This document shows, piece after piece, positions 12,133 through 26,475 of a stretch of DNA of 64,000 nucleotides (positions are counted from its first letter, which is position 1; each line of letters opens with the position of its first letter). The stretch is taken from assembly GCF_001194135.2 (NCBI RefSeq), contig NC_068982.1, forward strand, positions 63,501,608-63,565,607, written 5' to 3'. The stretch is from Octopus bimaculoides. Its lineage: Eukaryota. Below the pieces are notes generated by a model that ran no database searches, was not told where the DNA came from, and saw nothing but the letters and a program-made list of their open reading frames with translations. Made by a program: the position numbers and the translations under genes.

Positions 12133-14078
12133 TGAATCTATGCTGAAAGCTGTGCATGGCTGATATTTTACTGAACCACTGACACTTCAGATACGCTTAA
12201 TTTAATGACACTGCCTGTGGCGGATATAGAACCCGTAATTAAAGCGTAGATATTTTGCCATATTTATGTGCAAGGTCCTTCACTGTCTTCCATCTGAGAA
12301 ATAAGAAGCATGACTCTTGACAAAGTAATTTCTATCTCACTAGGTTCTCATCCATCAAATTCATTCAAATTCTCTGCAAGTTACAGAATAGTGAATTAAA
12401 CGGTCGTAGTCCCGTGACAGTGTGAGCTGAGTCAAAAAACGATTTCATTTACTATTTCTTTGATGCAAAATCTAGACTTCTATTGTCTGCAATGTTTTTG
12501 TTTTTTTTTACCTTTTTTCTTTTTAATCTGTTGAACATGAATACCATGTAAAGTTTATAAGCACTAAATATACGATAACAAAATTGTAACCTGGGAAATG
12601 CATACAAGCTGGTTTGAAAATGATGTACAGCGGGAGAGAAACATCTATAAATACACTTGAAAGCGTTTGAAAGATAAAAGACAACTGATCAAAATAGATA
12701 AACATATGAAACACAGCGGGAAGGAGTTGAAGAAAAGCGAGAGTTTGAGAGAGAAAGTGGACGATAAAAATGAATCAAGGGAAGATTGTAAACAAATCAA
12801 AAACGATTGTCAAAAAAGAAAAGCATAATAAAACCAGAACCTAGATGATGAAATGAAGAGATACCAACAACATATTGGGAAAGTGATGAATAAAGTCTAT
12901 TTGGAAGATATCCAGGCAAGATAAATCAGAATATCTGAGAAAATTGAACTGAAAAGTATATTTTTTTAACAAGATTTCGACAAAAAATCACAAGAACAAG
13001 TGAGTTTTGATGACACGTGCATTTAAACAGGCTTCCTTTATTTTAGATATATTTAATATATACACATAATATCTATTTATGTGTAGGTATAAATACATAC
13101 ATGCATACATGTGTAGGCATAAATACATACATAAATATATACACATACATACATGCATACATACATACATACATACATACATACATACATACACACATAC
13201 ATACATACATACATACATATATATTTTTATACCATAATTATCATCTAGTACTTCTATGATGTTAACATTTTTTTACGTAGTATATATTACAAGAATACTT
13301 CAATAAATGTATTTTAAGTTCTTTTATTATTTTTTGCATTATGTAGAATTTGTATTCCTCGCGATATTTAACAACTTAAAATGCATTTACTTCCTACATT
13401 ATGCTATTATAATTGTTTAAAAAACATAATTCAGTAGCTGTCTCTTTACGTAACACAGTCACCGAGGGCTCTTTTTTTTTATATCACTCTAAGTTACTGA
13501 TAAAATTTCGTTAACCACATGATGTCTTCATACAGTGAATAATGTAAAATGTAATTTAATTAGGAACGTTTAGATGTTAGAGATTGGTATTTGGACAGAT
13601 TCCAATTGCAAGATGTATGCATTTACGCGTATACAAATATATGCACACACATATGCATACACACACATATGTACATATATATCTATATGTAACTATACCT
13701 GCATTTGTTCACGCGCATGCGTAGGTGCTTATGTGATTATTGCTTCCTAAAAAATATAGTTACGTTTTTCGAATTAGACTTTCCAAGAACTGTGAGAAAG
13801 AGGCAAGAGTGGTCTGGGCCTGTGGATGTTATTTCCAACAATCAATCCTTACCTCTAAAAGCTATTCCCACTTCTAACAGAAGCTTGTAGAAGATGGGCA
13901 TGCGTACATGTAAAATATTTTTGAGTTTATAAAATTATAAAGGTATCTAGACACATTGTATAAAGACACACGTTGTTTGAGGTTTCCAGATATAAACTCT
14001 GTTTATGGTTGGGAGATTTATGATCTTTGGCTTAACTTGAAACGCTTTCATGTGCACATATTCATGGTAAGATAAATG

Positions 14079-14151
<73 letters not shown>

Positions 14152-14395
14152 GCACATACACATATATTGATTTTTATTCTTTTACTTGCTTCACTCATTA
14201 AACACCAGACATAGTGGGGCTCCACCTTAAAATGTCGATCAATTATTTTCAATCTATTATTCTATTGGTCCTGAATACGTCGAACTGCTTGACTGTGACA
14301 TGAAAAAAGTCTACACTGGTTATCAAGCGGAGGGAGACAAGCAAACATACACGCACACAGATGCATTATATTTACACACATGACGTCCTGTACCC

Positions 14396-14428
<33 letters not shown>

Positions 14429-14601
14429 TGTATAGATATACACACACATATATATATATATATATATANNNNNNNNNNNNNNNNNNNNNNNNNNNNNNNN
14501 NNNNNNNNNNNNNNNNNNNNNNNNNNNNNNNNNNNNNNNNNNNNNNNNNNNNNNNNNNNNNNNNNNNNNNNNNNNNNATATATGTATATATATATATATA
14601 T

Positions 14602-17007
14602 ATGATGATTGCTTCATCTTGAAATGATAGCCGTCCCATCAACACACACACACCCCACATCCCATCTCACAGTACAATCACTCCGTTGATGAGCTTTTAG
14701 ATGACTTTTAAAACCAGCTGCTGACTGACAGGGTTTAAAACACAAGTGACAGATCTTATTCAAGTTTCTTCTATATCTTTTCCCTTTAGAATCTGACTCT
14801 AAAGGAATGTGTTTTTATGAACTAGCATACGTCTTTTATGTCCCGATATTGTCTTACAAGTTTTTTGACATATGACACATGTCGTAAGAGGTGGTTGGTG
14901 TCCAAGATCATTAGCTATCTGGGCATTACAATTTTCATGTAACTTCATATGATTCACGTATCCTGCTTTTGACAACAGAACATGATCACACATAATACAT
15001 ATCCAATGTTCACTGCTGATTATAGTTTCATTGGAACTGTTCAGAGTGCTGAATCATCTTTTTTACAATCAGTCCTAACAGCACCTCTCCACTTGTCCCG
15101 ATCTAGAGCAACATTTTCCCAATCACTTTTGTTAATATCTAGTTTCTTCAGGTTTCCTTCACACAGTTTTTATACCTTTTCCTCGGCTTATGTTGTGGTT
15201 TCTTACCAGATTTGAGCTCACCATAGAAAAGACGCTTTGGCAAGCGGTCGTCTTTCATTCTAATAACATGTCCAGTCCATCTCATTTGAGCCAAGATAAC
15301 ATGTTGTTCGATTGAGCTGCAACGTGCCATGCGCAGTACCTCTGCATTTGGCATGAAACATTCCCACTTGATTCCTATGATACGTCTGAGGCACTTTTGA
15401 TGAAATCTTTCCAGCATTTTATGCGATGCTTGTCAGTGGTCCATGTCTCACTTGAATAAAGAAGAGAAGACAATACACACGCTTTATAAACACTTTTTTT
15501 GTCTGCAGGTAAATACCGTCATCCGCCCATACTAGCTTTTCGTGCTTTCCAAATACAACACTTCCTTTCCCTATTCAATAGTATATCCCTGCATCAAAAC
15601 TACCATCTCGTGACTTTATGCTTCAACTCATAATGAAAGAAAGTATTCCCAACAATTAACCATAGCTCAGAGCACATTTGTAGCAGATGCAACCCATTGT
15701 TGTTCACCTTTCCTATTCCATAATGCCCGAGTACATTCTAAGCACCATAGCCTCTACCAACACATGCATTAAATTCATCAAGTACAACCAATTTTTCATT
15801 CAAAGGGACTGACAGAATACTTCTTCTAAGCTCCTCATAAAATGCATGGTTATTTTCCTCACTAGCTGAAAGTGTAGGAGCATAATTAGAGAAAAAGTTA
15901 CAAAGCGCCAACAAGAAAGAGGGAACCGGACTTTCATTATGCGTGTATTTATGTTTTGTGGCTCTTCTAGGTCTTTTTGCAAATCACTTCTAATTGCAAA
16001 CCCAACACTACCTTCCCTTTTCTCTCCCTTCGGTTTCCCAACCGAGAATAATGTGAAACCTACCGCTCTTTCAACAATATGATCTACATCTGAACATCTT
16101 GTTTCAGAAAGAGCTGCAATATCGACATTAAGACGCCTTAGCTCCTTAATTACTAGAGCTGTTCTTCTTTCAGGTCTATCTGCTCGATCTAAAAGGGTTC
16201 TCACATTCCAACAGGTCAGGTTAAGAGAAACCTTATTCCTTGAAAGCTTGTTATTATTGTTTGTATCAATTCTTTGTTCATTCCTGTTAAAATTGAACCA
16301 CCGCTAACCGCAGTAAAACTAACCAGCAGAGAGAAGACAGACAATTTTTAGTGCACCTTTTCTAGCACCTTCCTAGTATATCCAGTATTCTCCTTAAAAG
16401 GGTTGCTCAGACACATGATTCTCCACCGAAAACGGTTCCTGTCCATGCAAACATGTTAGTGGTGTTAAGATAAGAACCCTGCCGCCTTATGTGAAGATTT
16501 GTAACTGTATGCTTCCGACCGGTCAAGTCTTCATACGTTGCCACGCCTCTATCGCCATAGGACTTTTGAAAAGTGATGATTGTACGATGATAGTGTTTTG
16601 TTGGGGACATCCGTACTTCATTGAATTTCAGTGACAAACACTTGTACGACACTTTTGCCACACTCTGGGTCGAAATATTAGATTCCAGTGACAAGCAAAG
16701 CAAAATGACTATTACTAAGTTGACTTCAGATTTTATGTCGGAGTACCTTCTCCTAGGCTTTTCCTCAAAAGGATACTGCAAGCCAGCAGTGGTAAGTGAA
16801 TTTGAATTCGGAGCTTTATTTTCCTATACTGGTTGTCCTAATCACGGCTTCGTTTCAAAACAGGAGTCCAGTCTGCCCCCATCAACAGTCATGGCCTTGA
16901 CAGTGCAGCCAGTTAAGGAACTGTCATTACCATGACCTGGTTTTATGTCAGAGTGTCCTTCTCCAAGAAGAGTTACCATCACCACGGCTAATGAGCCTTA
17001 TCAGCCC
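14602..17007 (-). mobile_element. RTE-clade LINE, internally deleted (APE start fused to post-RT C-terminus)
   Basis: RTLLDRADRPERRTALVIKELRRLNVDIAALSETR (APE N-terminus); junction near 15602 to ...LLYSSETWT, ERFHQKCLRRIIGIKW, QMRWTGHVIRMKDDRLPKRLFYGEL and C-terminal Cys/His motifs; long 5' UTR. Confidence 0.9.
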
Positions 17008-17437
17008 CCCCCCCACACACACACACATATATATATATAATGATATAATGCTTACATACCTTACTATCTCATATGCTCAACTTATAAAACGTAATATAGC
17101 AGAAAATTTAATATTAAAATTTAAAACCAACATCTTCGACCAGACATTTTCTCGATGTAAGTGCGTAGTACCTAGTGTTGATCTTTGGCAAATAAACCCC
17201 GGGAAATGTTTTGATGCAATGTTACAGAGCTTCTTCTCCAAAATAAATCGTGTACAGATAATATGACACCAACGAATTATGGTCAAATTCAAGTAAAAGC
17301 TTTATCAGAATTTTGTTTGGAAATGGCATCATATGTTACACACTTCACGTTTTGGTTTGGTTTTAATACATATCAAACCATTGTTATAGCTACACACACA
17401 CACACACACACATACATACACACACACACACACACGC

Positions 17438-17482
<45 letters not shown>

Positions 17483-18967
17483 TATGTGTGTGTGTGTAGC
17501 TAGAAAAAAGAAAGAAAGAAAGAAACACACACATATGTGCATATAAATTTGAAGGAACTGAAATTCTACTAATGTTATTGCGTAGTATGAGCATCAAAGT
17601 AAAACCATTAACTGCTCTCAGAAAATTCCAAGGCTACTTGCTGAACAAAACTTTCGGTTAAGAAAGAAATTCGGCCTCTAGATGAAACCTAATACACTGT
17701 ACATCTCAAGAACATTTGTCGGAAATCTGAGAAGGTTGAAGTCAGAAACTAGTGACTCATTATTCAGCTCAAATCTAACGGCTTTCACGAGAAACTTCTA
17801 TGAAAACTACAAAGCTACTATCTCGAGAGTGCTGTTAAATTTACCTCTTCAGTATAATATTCTCATCTGACTTTCGTAGAGGATGTTTCACAACTTTTAG
17901 TGCTTCTTCTACTTCTGTCCTCAGTTGGGAATGATTTTGATTTTTATACAAACGGCTACACACGATTTCTCTCAGTAATATTAGCATGTAGCCGTAATCT
18001 TGGCGTAGCCGTCTTAAACCAGTAATTTTGTGAGAGTGAAAGGTTAGGCGTATGATTGAGATATTCCAATATGTGGTTATATATTTATATATGTCTCTCT
18101 GTTCTTGAAAGTATTGAGTATTATATTTTGTTTGGGAATATGTATGTTCCCACAAACGAGAATATGCTCCAGTAAGACCAAAATCCATGAGCTAGTATTA
18201 CAATACTTTCTTAAACAATCTAACAGTATGAACAGGTGACTCCATTTACTTCGAAATATGTTTTACTAGATATATTTTTACATATCATTGATGATGCAAG
18301 AAAGCCTAACTCCATGCTACAGATGTGAAACCATTCTTAAACCAGTTACACATTTGACTCACCGTAGTAAATATGTTAACTAACTTTCAACTATATTTTC
18401 TTCATGCACAAGAAATTTTCTAACGTGATTATTCCCAAAGTAGATTGACTATTTCATTAGTGGCATTATATTTCTATTTGAATGTCAATGTGACTAAAAG
18501 AAAATTAGTTTGCCTTAACTTCTAAAATGATTTCAGAGATATACAGTAATTCAGCTGATTTGTTGGAACTGACTAATTCATTCTATGAAACAGGATCTTC
18601 TCCATCATAGCGCTATTATTATACTGAATTGAAATAACTATGACCCTGAGCTAGACGGGATTTTAGCTATTCTTCCATAATGCTCAGTTGAGGAAAGGTA
18701 GACCTTCTGAATAGTTTGCTGACAGGCTATAAACCAGACAAATTTGAATGTATAACTGGTCGAGGAAATGTCCAAAGAACTAAATACCTGCAATAGATAT
18801 GGTAATATAGCCCTATATTAAAAAGGTTTTACTTCAGTTTACTTGTTCAATATATTCATAATTTATTACACGAGTTTGTTAGAAAGCTATAAATGTGCAA
18901 TTCGATACAACTGAATATTAAAATGCAGAATACAGTGCGAGTCAGAATGACTGGAATGCATTTAAAT

Positions 18968-19198
18968 ATTCTTTTCTACTCTAGGTACAAGGCCCGAAAT
19001 TTTTGGGGAGGAGGGCCAGTCGATTAGAGCGACCTCAGTACGCAACTGGTACTTAATTTATCGAAAAACTTGTTTTATTCCCCGAAAGGATGAAAGGCAA
19101 AGTCGACCTCGGCGGAATTTTAACTCATAACGTAAAGACAGACGAAATACCGCTAAGCATTTTGCCCGGCGTGATAACGTTTCTGCCAGCTCGCCGTC
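18968..19198 (-). mobile_element. Nin/Deu-core SINE, near full length
   Basis: Plus strand AACTGGTACTTAATTTATCGA...CCCGAAAGGATGAAAGGCAAAGTCGACCTCGGCGGAATTT; 14-nt insertion in the core. Confidence 0.85.
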
Positions 19199-19312
19199 TT
19201 AATGCATTTATATATTAGAAAGCCAAGCTGTGAGAGGAAATTATGAGAACGTTGAAAGATATTACGGGTCTCCTGAAGGACAGCTTAAGAAATTGTTTGG
19301 CGCTCCATGATA

Positions 19313-19650
19313 TAAACATTATCGACTGCACATACTCAATGTTTATTTTGTTTGTTCACAAGTTCACTGAGATATAGTGCAAGGGGAATAACTCCCTTAA
19401 CCCATTGTGTGTAAAAACACCTGACAATCTTAGACAACTCGTCTCCGATCCCACTCAGGAGCGATGGATACCGATATTTCGCCATTTTAACATTTATATG
19501 CCTTATCAACATCATGTATTTGAATCGAATCGCCAGTCTAAGGCTATAAATAAATACACTAAAATCCTTTACTGATATGCCACGGCAATGATTACGCAAA
19601 ATTAAATTCTATAACGAATTAAAAGCAGCGTTAGTATAAACATTATCAAC
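19313..19650. repeat. Second locus of the about 330-bp repeat unit
   Basis: TAAACATTATC recurs at 19313 and 19637; shares several blocks with 6575-6990. Confidence 0.65.
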
Positions 19651-20397
19651 AGCGAAATAAATACGTAACTGCGTCCGATTCAGAATGAATATGTTGCATT
19701 ACCAAAGAATTTAAAAGTATTAACCACTTTAAATGACATATTTCTAAAACGTAAATCCACATACGCTCACAAATAGATGCATAAACACATCCTTATATGG
19801 TTGCGTACATATAAAGGAAAGCAGTTACTTATATAGNNNNNNNNNNNNNNNNNNNNNNNNNNNNNNNNNNNNNNNNNNNNNNNNNNNNNNNNNNNNNNNN
19901 NNNNNNNNNNNNNNNNNNNNNNNNNNNNNNNNNNNNNNNNNNNNNNNNNNNNNNNNNNNNNNNNNNNNNNNNNNNNNNNNNNNNTATATATATATATATG
20001 TATATACTATCAAGAGTGAAGTTCAATCTTGCTAGCTTGCAATGTTACACAGCAAAACTGGCGCACAATGGGAAAATACTTTGAAGGCAAAAACCCCTGG
20101 AATGTGAATACGAACGGAATAAAGCAAGCTTTGCATAAATCGGACCAGTAGTAATTGCGATATTTGGGGTTTGTGGGTATAAATATCCAATTTATACCCG
20201 AAAATAACTTCACCTTTAAAGGGAAGAGACTCTAACCTTTCCATTTGACACGTTATGAAAGGCAAAATATTTTTAACTGAAAATGACTTTAAAAATACGG
20301 TGAATATTTTGTAAAAGACTCGTTCGTAACCTCGGTATGAAATACTTTTTCTCCATAGGTTTCTTTCGAGTGCATTCAAGGTATCTCACTTCCAAAG

Positions 20398-20508
20398 ATT
20401 TGGCTGCTATTTTTAGCACACCCTACCTCAACGTATCAGCTATTTGCGATAAATGACCCGAAATACCTGTTACGTGATAGCAGGGTGTGCAAAAAATAGC
20501 AGCCAAAT
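20398..20508. repeat. 111-bp element with 27-bp terminal inverted repeats (MITE-like)
   Basis: ATTTGGCTGCTATTTTTAGCACACCCT ... AGGGTGTGCAAAAAATAGCAGCCAAAT, one mismatch. Confidence 0.6.
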
Positions 20509-20814
20509 ATTTCCTTTTCTGGGGAAAGGAGCCGTTTACATTTGATTTTTATGTCACATACGTTGAAAGCATGCGAAAAATTTTGGGAAAATAAAAAGAA
20601 AAATAAGTGGAAATTTTACCGGTGAGTGTGTTAAAATTTTAAGGTACAATAAGAAAATGACTCTCCCCAGACACAACAGAATATGCTTCAACACACGAAA
20701 TCACATAAAAAACTTGCAAACCAAACCAAAAACGATATATATATATATACGAGAGAGAGTTCTCGGAGATGGTAAATATGTGACTGAGTTGGTGCGTTAG
20801 TTGTGCTCTCGATG

Positions 20815-21310
20815 CACTCTCTCGTGGATATGTTAGCAGTCATCTGCGGGATGATAGGAACGTTGATAATCAAAGTTGCCTATCATGGACCAACAACCGG
20901 ATTACTAACAGCCACTTTGAAGGGCATGCTTTTGCAATCCAGGGACAGGAAATATCACCAATATAATTGATGCACAAGAGGAACATAGATGCAGGAAAAG
21001 CACAACCAGGTTATAACCCATGCAGAATTTGTGGGGTTAGCACATCATAAGCAGTTGTTCTAAAAGGTCATCATGGTATTATCAACCGATGAGAGATGTG
21101 GTTGTAGCTAAAACTGAGATCTATCGGAAGGATAACCCTGAGGCTAAAGAAATATGTACCCACCGCATGGTAGAAGCCATAGCCATTTATAATAAGGAGT
21201 ACTGATGGAATGTCCCAGTGAAAACCTCAGTAAAATGTAAACATAACAGATATGATATAAAAATTTAGGACAGAGAAGAGAAACTGCGTACGGTTGAGCT
21301 ATTGAGAACT
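20815..21310 (+). mobile_element. RLE-type LINE fragment (zinc knuckle to endonuclease start)
   Basis: Frameshifted SWTNNRITNSHFEGHAFAIQGQEI, PCRICG, HIISSCSK, WNVPVKTSVKCKHNRYDI..DREEKL. Confidence 0.7.
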
Positions 21311-21690
21311 CTAGTTATTCTACCCAGATTACAAGTTTACACCTGTAATTTTGGGGGAACTGAGATATGTAACATACTGCCTAAGTACCAATCTTGAGAA
21401 TACCATCACGGAAACTGTAAAAATCTGTAAAACTTTCCAGAAATTCATCATTTAAGTATATATGCGCATGTTCGGACATGCTGGACATACAACTATATGC
21501 ATAGTAATACATACACAAAACATACAAATCTGTACCTGCACTGACTCGAAATATTGTACATATGCGGACAAAAATACCCTGTTGATGTTGAAATTCCAAT
21601 GAAGGACCCTTAGATCATCTTTAGAAACCGGTTCTTTCTCTATTAGCAAAAATATCTCGAAAATACACTGAATAATGACAAAGATACATA

Positions 21691-21721
<31 letters not shown>

Positions 21722-22699
21722 CATACATACATACATACAACACAATTCAATTCCCGTTCGCATCAGATGTACAGGCGTAGAGTACCCTTTAAAGATGCCG
21801 TTTTGAATGTTTTCCTCTACAGTTATGACAATTTCCCCAGTCTAAATCAGTATCTGGTGTATTTCTTTTGTTACAGATAAGAGAAACCTCTTTTACTTTC
21901 TAAGTAAGCATTTTTGACACCGGATTATAAAATATATCTTACACCACGAAGAATTTCGCTTTTTCGAACATAGCTGGTATTGAGAGCAACACTAACGCTG
22001 ATACCAACGCATTCAGCAGTGTGATATCAGTTTACTTATTTAAGATGACATAAGTACTCTTTTCACTTCACTTGATCTAAATATCTAAATCAAGGTGTAC
22101 TGAATATTATACCGTCGACTGTACACCAAAGTCTTGAAAAGCCTCAGTTTATCCATAACACGAGGTCAAGTGATAAAATTCATTTTGAAATGTAAATGGA
22201 GATAATTCTGACTATGCATAAATTAGGAGTTGTACACTTAAATTATATCAAGAGAAGTTTAAAAGTGATGTCAAGTTGAAATAGAGACTTACATTGCAAA
22301 CTGCAGTTTCACAGGAAATTAGTGCAATGTTAACAAAATTCTCTTTTGGCTAGACTTTTATAGCCTCTCCACAAGTTTTAAATTCCTCTGAGAAGGGTTA
22401 AAAATGTATATAAATATATAGCAGATTTCTACGAAAATGTCTTTCTCTCCCGGCAAACTTTACCAAAGATGTTATACTACTATCACAAAAATCCACCTAT
22501 CTTTAACCTCAGATGTTAGAGAGTTCAAGATAGGAAAAACTCGCTGCCATGTGATGTTACAAGCTTCTTCGGTTGAACATATTATTAATGCAAACTTTTC
22601 AAGGGTTTTGACTGGAAATGGAACGTGAGAATAATCGCTGAAATCGCAAAGACTACTCTGGAAATGAAATGTGATAGATGTGGTGCAGAACATCAGATA

Positions 22700-23140
22700 T
22701 GCCTGGCTTTGGTGAACACGTAACAGAAAGGTACACAACTAGAGTCAGTGGAATCTAGAAACTTATAAAGACATGGTGAGCAAATTAATCTTAGTATATA
22801 TTAAGGACAAGGAGTATTCAACGAAGGTAGTAAGACTGGGTAGGCAATGAGCATTAGCAGCAAGAGAAAGAATTGTGCAAAGGAAGATGTCATGGAACAA
22901 ATCTCCAGTGAGCATTATTACAAAATTGCAACTGCATGGCTGGAGTGGATATCGTTACACTCGACTGGGTGTGGTAGTAGCATGGATGGTGAAGGAGAAA
23001 TTTTGCTAACTCGGACATACCATAGTAGAATCAATACCGCTTGGCTCCAGTGGACGGAGGGATAGCCGAAAGTTGCCGAAATCACTGTGATCTCAAATTA
23101 ACCACTCATAGACGTAATGTTCGGCAGTGTACGCTTCAAT
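22700..23140 (+). mobile_element. Possible very decayed RTE/RTEX-like LINE 3' end
   Basis: Weak remnants around MDGEG and a following (AAT)n tail; frames broken. Confidence 0.25.
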
Positions 23141-23168
23141 CAAAGTAATAATAATAATAATAACAATG

Positions 23169-23220
<52 letters not shown>

Positions 23221-24356
23221 ATGCATACATACATACACACATAATACATACATACTTACATACACATACATACATACGTGCATACTCACACACATACAAA
23301 CACACATATATGAAGAAGCACACATTCATTCGCATGCAAATATATACATATGTAGATACATATATTATCGTTAATATTCCTTATAAAAGGAATATTTACT
23401 GAGGTACACATGTAAAAATTCTTTATAAAAAGAATATTTACTGAGGTACACATATATAAATTTGTGGTAGTGAACAAAAATATTATTTTTCAGTAATGAA
23501 CAGATGTACATGTACGTCACTGAAAACACCGTTTTGTTTACCAATGAAGGAATAAATTTCTGTATCAATAAACAGATATAGTTGAAAGCAAATGAACGGA
23601 TACAACTGCATATAGATAATATTTCAAAGTACGGATGTGCTAAATTGCAAATATATATGTGATTCCTGCACGGTTGACCGATTGCAAAACCAAATTCAGC
23701 TCTTCTAAATTAAATTATGATTCAGTAACAACCATTTGAATTACAAACAGACAACTAAGCAGAGGCTTTCGTGAAATAGAATTAGACAAATTATGAAGAT
23801 CAATGTTTATGTTATTCGATTAGAAACAGAACAACAAACATTGAAAGAACGAGGAGGTAACTGATTAAGGTTACTGAATTTTTAGTCAAAATAATCTCGG
23901 TGGATGAATGAGTCTTAAAACAGAAACCGAAACGAACTTACGCTCTTATACAGCTAGCTGAATATTTTGTGGTTAAAGACTAATCAAATATAATTGTAAC
24001 AGCGCATTTAAAATTAGACACCAAATATCAATAGTCTAAAGGATAGGATGTATCTATTGTACTTCCTATACTAGATTAGGGTCCGTACAACAATCATTTA
24101 AATATTGTTTGAATTATTTGAATACGTTAATCAAGACACAATTTTAAACCACAGATTGTTTGTTTTTCAAGCAGATATTCCAAGCAACGTCCCAAGTGTG
24201 TTTTAGTCGAGAGATAAGTTGACTGCAAATTAGAATTGTAGAATCATTTCCCGATACTCGATTGCAAATATTTATTACACGACAGTATGGACGTTCTGTC
24301 ATATAATATATCATATTTTACTAAATTTGTCTAATTTATCTCTCGAAACGCTTATA

Positions 24357-25724
24357 TCAGGTCATCCCATAAGTTCTGTCCGATTTTACCTTTTTTTTAA
24401 ATTGAATGAAATTTAATAGTATTTTAGAATGTCTAATGCACATTAGAAATTATTTTTTTGCATTTGTGTACATTTAAATTAATTAAATATTATTTTTTTG
24501 GATTTGTGTACATTTAAATTAATTAAATATTATTTTTTTGCATTTGTGTACATTTAAATTAATTAAATATTATTTTACAGAATAATAGAAATAAAATTTC
24601 TTTGATTAAATCCTTTCTAGCATGGAAGTATCCAAAGAGCAGTTAAGGCACATAATGCTTTATGAGTACAAAAAAAGAAACTCTGCAGCCGAAGCGACAC
24701 GAAACATACACTCAGTCTATGGGAAAGAATGCTTGAATGAAAAACTTGCAGAAGATGGTTTGCAAAATTCAGAAGTGGAGATTTCAGCCTTGAAGATGAA
24801 GATCGAACAAGACGTCTAGTTGAGTTTGATGAGAAGCCCCTTCAGGCATAACTTGAAGAAAATCCTGCATTATCAGTTGAAGAATTGGCAATAAAGCTTA
24901 GTTCAAACCATACAACTGTTCTTCGTCATCTTCAACAACTTGGAAAAGCTCCTAAACTTGGAAAATGGGTGCCCCATGAATGGTCCGAAACCAACCGCAA
25001 ATCCCGAGTTGACATCTGCTCTTTTCTCCATTCTCGCGAACTCATTTCACCCTCTTTGGATAGACTTGTGACTGGTGACGGAAAATGGACCTTCTATCGA
25101 AATGTTAAACGTCGTAAACAGTGACTTGGTAAAAGGGAAAGAGCTCAACCACAACCGAGAAGGGAACTTCATGGAAAAAAGGTTTTTCTCTCTATCTGGT
25201 GGGATTGCAAGGGAGTAATTCACTTTGAATTGTTACTGCTTAATACAACAATCAATGCTTAAGTCTACTGTCAGCAATTAGACGGTTTGGACCAAGTTTT
25301 AAAGAAAAAAAGACCCGCTTTAGTGAATCGAAAAGGAGATATGTTTCATCAGGACAATGCGCGACCCCACACTGCAAAGATCACATCACAAAAGATCGAA
25401 GAGCTAAGTTGGGAATAAATTCCTCATCCACCTTATTCTCCCGACCTTGCTCCTTCAGATTACCATTTGTTTCGTAGTTTACAGAATCATTTGGGGGACA
25501 TAACTTTCGCAAGCCAGGAGGATGTCGAAACTGACATTTCAGAGTTCTTCGCTTTGAAACCAAAAGAGTTTTACATTGATGGGATTAAAAAGCTTCTAAA
25601 TAGATGGAAGAGAGTCATAGATAATCAAGGAAAGTACATTGATGATTAAATGTCAATTGAATATAACATTCGATCACTTGTTTTCTTTATTCAAAATTCG
25701 GACAGAACTTATGGGATGACTTAA
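24357..25724 (+). mobile_element. Mariner (D,D34D) transposon, defective transposase
   Basis: TIR TCAGGTCATCCCATAAGTTCTGTCCGA after TA; degenerate right TIR; KWVPHEW, VTGDGKW, HQDNARPH, YSPDLAPSDYHLFRSLQN; stops and frameshifts. Confidence 0.95.
24451..24576. repeat. 40-bp tandem triplication in the mariner 5' UTR
   Basis: TATTTTTTTG(C/G)ATTTGTGTACATTTAAATTAATTAAATAT starts at 24451, 24491 and 24531; single and diverged in the 51815-53093 copy. Confidence 0.9.
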
Positions 25725-26070
25725 AATATTATAGAATATGCCGAAGTAGAAAATATGGAAATTAGCGCAAGCCATCCTATGATGTAAAGAATCTCGCTTT
25801 ACAACCACATAGTTCTAGATTCAATACCACAGCGTCTCACTATGAAGAGCTCTCTTTTATTATAGCCACCATGTTAAGTAATATTACTGGTACGTAAAGA
25901 TAAAGAACAAAGTTTTTCCACAAAAAGAACAATAAATCGGTGTGTCGGGGCAAATATTTGAAAAGAAGTGGTATGCTTGAACAGCTCTCGATATAGTAAA
26001 GGAAGTGAACATACGATTGGTCCGTTGAAAATGCGTAAACAGAGACATTAGAATTATATATATATAATAC

Positions 26071-26105
<35 letters not shown>

Positions 26106-26161
26106 GATAGATATGTATATATACTTGCACACTCGTACACACATATATATGTTAATTGGCA

Positions 26162-26475
26162 TGGAGGCACAATGGCCCAGTGGTTAGGGCAGCGGACTCG
26201 CGATCATAGGATTGCGGTTTCGATACCCAGACCGGATGTTGTGTGTGTTTATTGAGCGAAAACCCTGCTGAACTCTTTCATTACAACTTTCTCTCACTCT
26301 TTCTTCCTGTTTCTGTTGTACCTGTATTTCAAAGGGCCAGCCTTGTCACACTGTGTCACACTGAATCTCCCCGAGGACTACGTTAAGAGTACACGTGTCT
26401 GTGGAGTGCTCAGCCACTTGCAAGTTAATTTCACGGATCAACTGGAACCCTCGTCGTCGTAACCGACGTAATGTC
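26162..26475 (+). mobile_element. tRNA-derived SINE (same family as 30851-31224)
   Basis: TGGCCCAGTGGTTAGGGC A-box, GGTTTCGATACC B-box; imperfect TSD ending TTAATTGGCA at 26152-61 and 26484-93; internal deletions relative to the other copy. Confidence 0.85.

Noticed and set aside
12700-12960. Lys/Glu-rich stretch resembling decayed coiled-coil coding
   Set aside because: Multiple stops; purine-rich composition explains it
16880-17010. HDV-like ribozyme at the RTE 5' end (known in some RTEs)
   Set aside because: Only a simple GGCTGAT/ATTAGCC hairpin could be folded; no nested double pseudoknot resolved
17790-17860. Minus-strand ATTATA-CTGAAGA as a further hammerhead
   Set aside because: No GAAA and no complementary stem I strand downstream
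18550-18775. Good minus-strand acceptor followed by a 49-codon open frame
   Set aside because: Unrecognisable product, no upstream partner exon; needs RNA-seq
21540-21680. Candidate minus-strand exon bounded by AG and GT
   Set aside because: Only one open frame with no homology I can recognise; expected by chance
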